This document shows positions 1-10,574 of a stretch of 64,000 nucleotides of DNA, one piece after another (the stretch's first letter is position 1; every line of letters begins with the position of its first letter). The notes below the pieces were generated by a model that did not search any database, had not been told where the DNA came from, and was given only the letters and a program-made list of their open reading frames with translations. The position numbers and the translations under genes were made by a program. The DNA comes from Balamuthia mandrillaris (Eukaryota): contig JAVKOQ020000060.1 in assembly GCA_031835245.2 (NCBI GenBank), positions 1 through 64,000 on the forward strand, given 5' to 3'.

Positions 1-17
1 TAACCCAAAAATTTTAG

Positions 18-292
18 TTGATAGACTTTGCTCATTCGGTGGCGCAATCTTCAAAGAACCAAACGGATAAACTCTTCCTTCAAGGTAAAAACTCCGTTTT
101 GCTCAAAGAGATTTTATTGTTCTCCTTCTTGCTTGTTCTTTGCGTTCATACTTGTATCACAAAAAAGGATTAAGCAACCTGCATGATATCCTGGAAAAGA
201 TCTGGTCAGAACGCATGTACTCATCCGAAAGTAAATCAGGTTACACCTCCCCTCTTGTAAAAAGGATTGAGGAGACGTTGTTCGGGTCTTAA
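18..292 (+). CDS. Inositol polyphosphate kinase (IPMK/IP6K family), last two exons; gene begins upstream of the window
   Basis: Not in the ORF track. Exon 18-84, GT-AG intron 85-168 and exon 169-292 translate to LIDFAHSVAQSSKNQTDKLFLQGLSNLHDILEKIW...FGS*. IDFAH and D..L.GL.NL..IL are the C-terminal IPK-family motifs. Confidence 0.75.
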
Positions 293-409
293 GAGTTGAT
301 GTAAGAACTTGTATGATAAGACAACGGTTTGTGTTAAAGTATTTTATACGAACAAATGAGAAGGGAAACTATTTCCCAGGGAGAGGAAAAAAGAAGGTGA
401 ATGTTAAAG

Positions 410-1381
410 TTAGACGACAAAGACTTCACCGGGAAAGCTGCGAGCGTGACGCACATACGTTGTAAAGCTTCTAAAGTGTCTGCAGCCAAACAAAAAAAAA
501 AAAACTAAGAAAAACGCATTGAAAAAGAGAATACGACGTACAAGTTCTTCACCCGACTCTTCTTGTCTTCGGCGCCGTGCTTGCCTAGCACTATGTATTG
601 AACTTTCAGTTTCTTGGCCATGTGCACTGTTATCTTGCGAGGATCTTTATAGACAGGTATCAGTACAGTATGCTCCTGTTGAGGGTTGTTGTCGTATGTT
701 AACAAAGCAAAAGAGAAACTAGATCTAGAGAGAGAGAGAGAGAGAGAGTACGTTAACGGTACCTTTTTAGCATCAACCAACATTTTCTTGAACTTGCGAC
801 AAACGAACACAGCTCGTCTCCACGTCTGATATGTGTCCTCTAACGTATCGTATGGACCCATTACTCGTGCTATTTTTGTTTGTTTCATGAGCGAACTTAT
901 TTAAAAAAACAGAAACAAACGAACAAACCGTTAAGAATGATGATGTGGTCATCAGGATTGGCCTTCTCGATAGCGTGGTTCACGGCCCGGACAGATGCCG
1001 GCGTGTTGTCCACGGCTACAAGCCACTTCAACCCAGGCGTGCAATGAAGCCTGTCTCCTTTGACGAGGCAGTTGACCTTTATGAGGCGTACCATTTGGGA
1101 CTCGTGCACCTTTTGCTTTGGGAACCAGTCAAACACCAACGAAGCTTTCCGCTGAAAGTTCTTGGCCTCTTTTTCCTTAGGGTTTGCCGCTTCCGCTTCC
1201 GCTTTTCGTTCTTTCTTTTCTTGCTGTTCTTGCTTGTCTTGAGAAGAGGTCAGAGGAGCAAGAGGAGGCTCATCCGTTGTAACCATGTCTCGCTCCGAGC
1301 TTTGGATAAACTGGGTAAACATAATTAGCGGATCAATATTTAAAAAAATAAAGAAAATAAGGAACCGAAGAGAGACAGACA

Positions 1382-1425
<44 letters not shown>

Positions 1426-1872
1426 TGGAAGCGAGAGAAGAGAAGAAAAATGCAAGAAGTAGTATCATACTTTGTGGTTATTGTATGGAGAGTCATCGTA
1501 CTCCTGGTCTCCCGGTTCCTCCGTTCCTGGCGAAGCCGTAATATTTACTGGTCCCGAGTACTCTAGGTACTCCCTGTTGACTCCCTTCTCTTCCGATTGC
1601 TCCTCTCCTTCTTCCTCCTCCTCCTCCCTGCCTGCATGCCAAAATGGGTTCAGCTCCTGCGGATAAGAGCCCTCGCGCTGCAGCGGTCTCGCTTGCTCCG
1701 GTGCTTCCATCCCTCTTCGACCCCTGTTGTTGTGGATGTTGTGCTCCGCCGAATCTCTGATGTCAGATATGTTCCTGCCCTCATCCGGTCGGAACACATC
1801 CAGATCGCCAAACGACCCAAAGATGGGGTCTTTGGCGCCCACCACCGCCACGGAAAGGTAGGACGATGCCAT
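410..1872 (-). CDS. Universal stress protein (UspA) domain protein with a long acidic N-terminal extension, spliced
   Basis: WLVAVDNTPASVRAVNHAIEKA (USP beta1/alpha1), AKKLKVQYIVLGKHG, and last exon HFRSFTTYVRHARSFPGEVFVV* (stop 410-412). GT-AG introns restore the frame. Confidence 0.75.
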
Positions 1873-2112
1873 CCGCTTTGTGCTATTATTTTATGTTCTC
1901 TCTATTTATTTTTTTTTGGTTTTATAACATTTTTTTCTTATTTTTATGTTTATTTTTATGTTTATTTTCCGAAGTGACGTTGCACCTGAGGGGCTAATCA
2001 ATTTATTTATTCCTTTTTTCCGTGCAACACCTTAAAAGAACATGACGTGTCACCTTAAAATTCTTTGTGGCGCCATTACGCAGAGAAAAAGAAGAAAGCA
2101 GCGCGAGCGAAC

Positions 2113-2643
2113 ATGGAGGAAACTGCGGGAGGGGAGTACGGCGACGTGCATCGCGTAGCAGCTGCTGGCTTTGGCGCAGAAGTGAGTGGGCGTTATGTCA
2201 TGTCTTTTCCTCTTTCTTTCTTTCTTTTTTGTTGACTTGATTTTCGTTGATTGCGATCATCACCAAGGCTGATGAGTATGAAAGGAGCCGACCCTCTTAT
2301 CCCGTGGTGGCTGTTCGTTATGTTGTTGAAAATTTGGGGCTATCCTCTCAGTCCATCGTTTGTGAGCTTGGGGCAGGTAGATTTAAACAACCCATTGTTT
2401 TTTACAAAGATTCTCTTGGTTTTTTTTTTGTGTATTGAAACGTACGATGTAACGTTTTTGTTTCAGGAACAGGAAAGTTCACGCGGCAGCTGCTTGAGGA
2501 ATGTGGTTGTACGCTCCACGCGGTGGAACCGGTTGCCGAGATGCGTGCAAAGCTCTCCTCTCAGGTGCCTCAAGTAACGGTGTTGGCAGGTGCCTCTCAT
2601 GCTCTCTTTGCTCCTGTTTCGTTCGTTGTGGCGTCTCTTTGTC

Positions 2644-2679
<36 letters not shown>

Positions 2680-3332
2680 CTAGCTCGCTCACGTTACTCT
2701 TTATTGTTCGTCGTCATTCTTCTCATATGCTGTAGGGTCAGCGGCGGCAATCCCTCTCGATGACGAGTCGGTGGATGCAATAGTCATCGCGCAAGCTTTC
2801 CATTGGTTTGCCAATCTAACATCTCTCAAAGGTAAACTGACAAAAAGAGAAACGACAAAACTGAAACACGAACTCACGCACGAACAAACAAGAAATGCAC
2901 AGGGTTCTGAAACCAGGAGGCAAAGTTGCTCTCATCTGGAACCTGGAGGACAGAAGCGCCTGCCCATGGGTGGCCAAGCTTCGTGACCTCTACGAGAGCT
3001 ACGAGGTCGGCACCCCACAATACCGTCTTGGCTTGTGGCGAAAGGTCTTTGAGGAAGAGGGATCCAAGGAAGAGGTCCAGGGAATGTTTGCCTTACCCCT
3101 GTCCCACAAGCAGTTCTCCCAAGTTATACGTTGCGACAAGCAAAAGATCTGGGGCAGAATCCTGTCCAAGAGTTACATTGCCAGCCTGGACTCCCAGCAG
3201 AAGGAAGAGCTGAGGCAAAAGGTCATGCAGCTGTTGGAAGAGAACATACCTGAATTCGCCAAGGAAAGCAGTGCCACCGAGGAAGTATCCTATCCTTACC
3301 TCACTGATGTGTTTTGGTTTCAAAAGAAGTAG
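2113..3332 (+). CDS. Class I SAM-dependent methyltransferase (Methyltransf_11-like), 4 introns
   Basis: Spliced: AAAGFGAE/ADEYERSRPSYP...VCELGAG/TGKFTRQL...AVEPVAEMR...VDAIVIAQAFHWF...EMHRVLKPGG. SAM motif I, AQAFHW and RVLKPGG are present. Confidence 0.9.
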
Positions 3333-3392
3333 ATGCAAAGTAGCAACCACCATTTTTCATTTTCAAGAAGAAAGGCTTGAGATAGAACACAC

Positions 3393-5120
3393 CTACGGAA
3401 GGACCAAACCAGCTCTATCGAATATATCTTTGGCGTGGCGTTTGGCTGCAGCCAGAACTGCCTTCTCATCCACGCAGAGAATGTTGTGATCTCGCATCAG
3501 CCATCGTCCGTTCACCATCACGCTCTCCACGTTATGGCTTTGCATGGCAGTTACCAGGTTGGAGAGCGCGAATTGATGAACGGGGAGCATGTTTGCTGTG
3601 TCTGGATTTATCACGATCAGGTCTGCTTTTTTGCCCACTTTCTTTTTGTTCAAAACGAGCAACATGCAACAGTAAGTCCAGTTTTTTAAGAGAATGAGAG
3701 ATAAAGACAAAACGAATAAACAAAAGAAGAAAACGTACCAGGGAACCTATTTCGTTATCCCACAACAAGCACTTGGCTCCCTGAAGAGTGGCCATCGAGA
3801 GAACGGCCGAAGAAGGCATGACCTGCGGGTCATTTGTTCGGACTTTATGAAGGAGATTGGCCAACCACATTTCATCCACGATGCTCATCCTGTTGTTGGA
3901 TGGCGCTCCATCTGTACCCAGCCCGACTGTTATTCCCTCTGCGATCATTTCTGGGATCAATGGAAAGCCTAAATAACGCATTGCTGTTGGAATATAAGGC
4001 AGACAGTTGTTTAATGTCGCTCTGCAAACTGAACAAAAGGAGTAAAGAGACCATACTAACCGGCTGCAGGGCAATGAGAGACTTTGACGTTGTTCTTCTT
4101 GTAGAGTTGAAGCTCTTCGGGCGTGAGGTGTACTGAGTGCACCGCCAGTAGATTATGAGAAAGACATCCAAGTTTATGCAGATGTGTGACGGTTGGGGAA
4201 CCCCTCGTCCGTTGGATCAAGTCTACTTCGAACTTGAACTCAGCGACATGCATATGAATACCTACACCTCTCTTATCTTACAAAAACAAGACATTAAAAC
4301 ACTACAAGTAAGAGGGACGAAACACAAGTCAGAAAGAGAGAAACCTGCTGCCTGCTGTGTCGCCTTAACTAAGTCATCGCTGCAGTTCATTAACGTGCGA
4401 AGATTGAACCACATTCTGATGCGACCGTCGGCTGTGTCATGCAGCTGATCGAACAACCGCTCTTGCTGCTCGATGACCTGCTCCGTGGTGGTGGCCTTCC
4501 ATCCCTCGGGCAACCCCTCCCCCGTGTCCATAACCGACATGGAAAGCACGCCTCTCAGGCCCAACTCTTTGACAGCCTCTGCGATGGCCTCGACGTGCTG
4601 TCCGCCAGCATCGGCAAAGCATGTGACCCCGCTGCGAATCTGCTCCACACCGCAGAGCAGGGCGCTGACCCTGCAATCCTCAAAAGTCATGTGGCTCTCG
4701 AATGGCCAAATACGCTCATGCAACCACGTCGTGAGGTCCACATCGTCACCTGTTTTTTTGTATGAGAAAAAATGAAGAAGACTTCAAAATCAAGTAGCAG
4801 GATAAAAAAAATGAAGATCTAGAATAACAATAACCTAGGCCACGAGCAAGTTGTTGGTTTGTATGGCAGTGAGTGTTGATCAAACCGGGTAGCACCCACT
4901 TCCCGTCCAGTTCGACCACTTCAGGAGGAGCTGCAGCTTGAGCCTCTGCAGCATTAAGGACGGCCAGCACCTCCTCCTCCGACGAAGAGAGCGCCACGAT
5001 GCGGTCATTCCTCACCAGCAGGAAACCCTTTCTGTAAAAACGACCCTCCGCGTCCATCGTGGCGATGGTGGCATTGCGTAGCAGCGTCCATCGTTCCTCT
5101 CTCTTCCTTTCTTCTTCCAT
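3393..5120 (-). CDS. Metal-dependent amidohydrolase, 5'-methylthioadenosine/SAH deaminase (MtaD/SsnA-like), 4 introns
   Basis: LPGLINTHCH (HxH metal ligands), DDVDLTTWLHERIWPFE, GIHMHVAE, LAVHSVH, GLGTDGAPSNN, GSL/KVGKKADLIV. Every intron is GT-AG and keeps the frame. Confidence 0.88.
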
Positions 5121-5240
5121 TCCCTTTTGGTTTTTTTGTAGACCTAGATGCGTCACGACGACGTGAAAATTTACAATTTTTGTGGTCCTTTATTTCTCAA
5201 ATTTTGGACCCGTTGTGTACAATGTCGACAGTAATGCAGG

Positions 5241-6185
5241 TTATGCGACTCGCCGCCTCTTCTCCGGCGCTCCTTCCTCCTTTGTTTTGTCTGACCCGCT
5301 TCTTTCTGCCTCTATCTCAGCATCGTACTCTGCAAATGTCTCATCCTCTCGAATTTGTTCCTTCAAGTCCCTCTCCGGCAAAATGCTAACAAAGTGCTTC
5401 AAGAACTCAACCACAGCGACCGGATAGTCCCACACCGTTGCCTCCGTTGCCTCTCCTTCCTTCTTTTCTTCAAGGAAGAAAAAGTCCAAGACTTTTTTCA
5501 CTTCTTCCTTGGAGGCCTGTTCAGTGTTGTGTTGCGAGTCTGTTCTTTCATTGTTCCACAAGGTAATGCTCTCCTCCTCTTCTTCTTCCTCTTCTTCTTC
5601 GTTGTTGCTCTTCTGGCGCCAAAAGAATCTCGAACTCAGCGCCACGTGTGAACGTTCTGTATCGTCATTGCCTGTGCCATAACCACTGAAAAAATACTCC
5701 ATAGTAAGCTCCATGGTTCTCGGTCTCGTGGAGTGAAATATCTTGAAACGCGTGCTCCTGGACGTTTCAGCGTAGTCGTGCTCCTGGTGGCCTCCAAAGG
5801 ACTCTTGGGTGTCATAAGCGCAGTAAGCAACGGCTTCCAAGGGTGCTGGTAGGGGGAGCCATTGACCTTGCAGGCCATTGCCGTTCTTGCCTCCAAAGTA
5901 GGCATCACGGACCTCTTTCAGGGCTGCTACCACTTCCGAGTACCTGGAGAGCGCCGATTTTCTCTGGGCAGCATCCTTGGCGGAGGGGATCAGATCCAGA
6001 AACGAGGCGACGGTATCGCGGAGGTGCTGAGGGTCGGGAAAGTCGGCGTTCTGTTCTGCTGCCTCCCGTTCCGCCAGGTAGCGTGCGAAGGCGGCTTCCT
6101 GTTTCGCTTCCGGTTGTGTGGAACCATCGGGGACGAGGCCCCATTTGGCCGCACACTTTTGTTTCGCTGTTTGGTTGCCCTCCAT
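5241..6185 (-). CDS. Hypothetical protein, 314 aa, apparently intronless
   Basis: Long ATG-initiated ORF with protein-like composition, acidic tracts and a C-terminal KRRR. No family recognised. Confidence 0.7.
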   Translation of the reverse strand: MEGNQTAKQKCAAKWGLVPDGSTQPEAKQEAAFARYLAEREAAEQNADFPDPQHLRDTVASFLDLIPSAKDAAQRKSALSRYSEVVAALKEVRDAYFGGKNGNGLQGQWLPLPAPLEAVAYCAYDTQESFGGHQEHDYAETSRSTRFKIFHSTRPRTMELTMEYFFSGYGTGNDDTERSHVALSSRFFWRQKSNNEEEEEEEEEESITLWNNERTDSQHNTEQASKEEVKKVLDFFFLEEKKEGEATEATVWDYPVAVVEFLKHFVSILPERDLKEQIREDETFAEYDAEIEAERSGSDKTKEEGAPEKRRRVA

Positions 6186-6483
6186 GTCTTGCCGGCAGCA
6201 CTCACAGGACAGTGTGGAGAAGCTTTTTGTTTCTTCTGCTTGCCAGAAAGTTCTGGAAAAATTTCAGGAATTTTTTCTTTTTTTTTTTTTGGGGAGAAAC
6301 TGGCCAACGCGCAGCGGTTTGGTTCGGGAGTGGTCCTTGTCGACGCTAAATTTTCCTCACAGAAGGTAGCAGGGAAGCTACGGACTTTTTTTGCTGCCCT
6401 TTTCTCCCTTGCCATTTCTCTTCATTCATTTGAAAAGGAAAAGGAGAAAAAGATCACCTTCATGTCGTCACAGAAGTCAAATT

Positions 6484-6737
6484 ATGTCGACAGTGGACGA
6501 ACAAAAAAGCAACATGCAGAAACAAACGGCGGGAGGGCAAGAGTCGCCGCTTGCGTCTCGGTCGGTGCCCAGCACCAAGCAATTCGCGGCAGTGATCAAT
6601 GGCGTTCACACAGAGTTCATCCTCACCCCTTTTGCTGACCGCATATTCATTGTCATCACACAGCTGGGCAAACTGGGCACACTGGTATTTCTTGTCTTTG
6701 CTTCTCTTCTCTTTCTTTTTTGTTGTTTGTTACTACT

Positions 6738-6769
<32 letters not shown>

Positions 6770-7094
6770 CTCTCTTTGTTTTCTCGCTAAGATCTCTTTT
6801 CAAAACAAAAATAATGAAAAAAGATAACAGCATCAAAAGAGACGAACGACGTTATGAGTGGAGAACCGCAGGAAGCAAACTATGCCATCGATGTGCTGCT
6901 TGGCAAAAGAGACGAACCCCTGCTTGCGCTCTATGCTCGTCGGATCGTTGAGCTCATTTGTGCAAAGCATGCCAGAAGATCATTGTTGCTTTCTCTCTGT
7001 TTAAAAGACCATAGGTACACCCCCCTCTTTTTGAATATTTTTTTGGTTTTATGTAGGTTTGTTGTTTTGTTTATAACTCTTTCTTTTCTTTTGT

Positions 7095-7125
<31 letters not shown>

Positions 7126-7213
7126 CTTGCTCTCGCTCTCCGTCGCATCCACACACAGTTTGGCTTCTCTCCCAATTATTCTCGACTTGCTCGAGGCAAA
7201 CAAAGTCTGGTAA
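6484..7213 (+). CDS. PSMG3: Proteasome assembly chaperone 3 (PAC3), 2 introns
   Basis: INGVHTEF...FADRIFIVITQLGKLGTL, DVLLGKRDEP, LLLSLCLKDH, and a C-terminal KVW, all typical of PAC3. Confidence 0.88.
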
Positions 7214-7527
7214 TATTATATCTCAACCAACAACAAGCTAAGAACTGCACCTTTCGACCAACGTTCTTCTGCATGCACACAACCCCAGAGGAAGAGGAGG
7301 AAGAGAAGAGAAGAAAACGTTACTGTATAGTCTGCATGACGACACGGATACTTTGTCGACATATATGCGTAAGGTAATACAAGGCAACGCCTCTTCCGTT
7401 ATTTACCTTTTTTTAAATTCTTGGTTAGAAAAAAAGACAAAGAAGCAAGACAGAAGAAGGTCACCCACAGCTGCAACGTTTTTGAAATACATACAAAAGC
7501 AAGAGGAGAGTTAGGTGTCACAATAAG

Positions 7528-9994
7528 TTGGGTCCCGAACAAATAGAACTTTTAAAGAAAAAACCAGAGTATGAGCCACTCGCAATGATAGAGGGAAGAA
7601 CCAGAAGTTCATCTTTCGGCGAAACCTCCGCCCCTGATCTAGGAGGAGTTGGGGGTCGATCCCCACGACAGAGTCTCCCCCATTCAACCAACCTTCGAGT
7701 ACCTCCTGCTGCCCAAGCTCGGTATTCCTCCCCTTTGGCCCGCTCCTACTCCGCAGGACTCTCTCTCGATGAAGATCCAAAAGGCCCTCCTTCGGATGAT
7801 TCTCGGCAACAACGATTAAACTCCCCTCCTCAAGGCCACCTTCAAATTCCTACCATTGTTCATTCCTCGTTACCCTCCAGCCCTTCTATGCCCGTTCCTC
7901 CACCAAGACATAACTCATTACTCTCTGTTTCTTCTTACAACAACAGCAACAACAGAAATACTGCTTCCTTTACAACGTCTTTGTCCTCCTCTCCACCTTC
8001 ACAACCTTCTTCTTCCCCGCAGTTTAACTCTCGAAAGTTTCATCCATTGCAACGAAGCGTTAGCTTAGCCAAAAAGGAAGAGAAGAAAGAGAAGAGAAAG
8101 TCAATCAAAGAAGAGAAAAAGAAAGAACGCAAACAAACACAGGCGAATAGTAACAGAAAAGTAAGAGTGCGGTTACGCATGGGAGGCAAAAGCAAGCAAC
8201 CCCAACCACTCTCCTCAACCCGAACGCTGAACTTGGAGGCTGGAGCAGGCAATTGGGACTTGAGGGAGGAAGTCATCAAGATCTGGCGTCGACCATTGGA
8301 GCAGTTACCGGTCTACAAAGACCTTCCTCGTTTGGTATCACGACTCACGTTGGAGGTGAGACATAGGGACTTGACCGACTTGCCTACAGAAGACTCGGAG
8401 AAGGAAAGAAAGCTGAAAGAGATAAAGCGAGAAGAAGACCAATCACAACAATTGCAACAAAAAGAGAAGGAAAGAACAGAGGAAGGTAATGAGCCGACAG
8501 AGGGAACAATGGCAAGCGTTCCAGATACAGAGGTAGAAGGAGAAGAGGAACATGGGGATGTTGAAGAGATCTACTTTGACCAGGATACAACGTGGTATGT
8601 TTCTGCAACAAAGTTGTTGCCCATTGAAAGGAAGGACTGGACAGTGTACGTCGTTGTGTGTTGCTTGTTTGTTTGTTTGTTTGTTTTTCGTTCTAACAAT
8701 CGCTCCATTTTAGAGCTTCTCTGTGGGGAGATTTGAACATAAAAGGGCTTGTAAGCTTGGTGTATGACCCACACAAGGCTCGCTGTAAGATATACTTGTA
8801 TGATCAAGCCGATGAGCGGATGCTTGCTGAGCGCATCGATGCCTCTCACCTATTGCCTACGGTCGATAGTAGCAGATACTTTGTTCTACAGTTGAAAGGC
8901 ATGTTCTTCCTTTCGTCGTATTTGTTTCTTTCGTCTTTCTTACCGGCATCAATACCGCCAGACGAATCGGTTCCTTGTGGGTTCGCCTTTTTTACTAGAG
9001 AGGACAGCGCTGCCTTCCTTGCTGCCATAGAGAAGTATCGGACTAAAGCAACTGATCATTCTCTCCCAGAAGATTTTGCTCACTACCTTCCTCATCCTTC
9101 AGCATGCTTTTCACCTATCTCAACAGATGTCACCAACGTGGACACCATGGCGATAGCATCAACGCCGACTTTTAGGAAGCCACAAGCATCAACTGCCTCA
9201 TCGTTACCCTCTTCACCCTTTTCGTCATCACCCTCTACCTCTCCCTCCTCCTCTCCTTCCTCCTCCAAACCCAACCCGACCACATCAAAAACGACTTCCT
9301 CCAATAACAACGTTGCTCCCCTCTTTGACGATGCTGCTCAGAAGAGGCTCACATTCGAGGCTCTAAAGCGATTCTCGGTGAGTGTGGCCAAAGAGTTGGA
9401 CCCAGAGGAGAAGATGCTGGACATAGAGCGTGCATTTGACGACCTGGATTCTGTCTCCCACAACCTGGACTCTCAACTGCTGATGAAGGACGTGGTGGAA
9501 CGAGCCAGGATGCAGGACACAAGAACCTGCCAAGTCTTCAAGACCATTCACCAGAACATCATATTCACGGGCGCTTATCTCATAAAGACAAACATCACAA
9601 AGACCCTCATGACCAAAGACGTGAGGACAAAGGACGGTTGGACAGTTCACGTCTTGATCACTCCGAGCGCTGTCATTGTGACGCACACACGGAAGGAAAC
9701 GTCTTTGGGTGCATAACGCAAACATTCTCGCTTTCTTTCTTTTTTCTGTCTTTTCCGTCGGTTGTAACTCATATCTGTATTTCTCTTCTTCTTCTTCTAG
9801 AAACGAATGTGGCCAAACCAGTTGACAAGTTTTGGTTTACCTGGGAGCTGCAGCTCCACTTTGAGCGGGACATGAGCAAACTGCGAGCGGCGAGGCTGCG
9901 CATCACCGACCTGACCTTCACCCCCGACACCAGCGAGCCCAACCGGGAGAAGCTCATGTCCATTTTTTGCAACGGGCAGCTTCACGTGTACTAA
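7528..9994 (+). CDS. Protein with a NECAP PHear-like domain and an uncharacterised C-terminal alpha/beta domain; 5' end uncertain
   Basis: Spliced ...LPTVDSSRYFVLQLK/DESVPCGFAFFTREDSAAFLAAI matches the NECAP DSSRYFV...GF..R motif. C-terminal KDVRTKDGWTVHV...THTRKE...FWFTWELQLHF. Three introns, one probably GC-AG. Confidence 0.6.
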
Positions 9995-10574
9995 CGTGAA
10001 ATTCAAAAAAAATCCAATGGAGGAGTTTCCCTCTCTCCTGTTTTTTTCTTTTGTCGGACCATCCACAACTCCTCTCTCCAGATTTTCTTTAACGGTATAT
10101 GGAGGTCAGGATCTCCAACGCACTGATAACAAAATCACAAAGTGGATCACGACTGGAGTTGACTGAGCGGATCATCACCATGGTGATATGAATGATTCGC
10201 CATAGCAACCGCTTGACGTTTCTTTCTACGCGTTCCTTTCCTGTCCAACTTTGGTTGTCGTCATACCCCGAGTGGCGTAGGTGGCGCAGTTCCCGTTCAA
10301 CTCTCATCCACGAGGGAGCTGATCACCGCCGTCAGATCTAATCACTTTTTCATCATCATTTATTTTAGGCAGGCGCGGCTTAGATTTGGATAGTGATAGA
10401 GAAAAAAAAACAAACAGAAGAGCACCAAATAAAAAGGACACCACGTTTGTTTTGGGGCGTGATTGCAGGCAAAGCGCTGTGGTTGAAAAGAGAAGGAGAA
10501 GGAAAAGGGGGCAAAGGGGGGGGGTTGCTTTCCTCCTTTTTTTTTTTTTTTTTTTTGAAAAAAAATTTTAAGCA

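Noticed and set aside
7429..7530. In-frame TGA upstream of the PHear ORF as possible selenocysteine or readthrough
   Set aside because: No redox motif or recognisable SECIS. A downstream start, different splicing or an indel is more likely.
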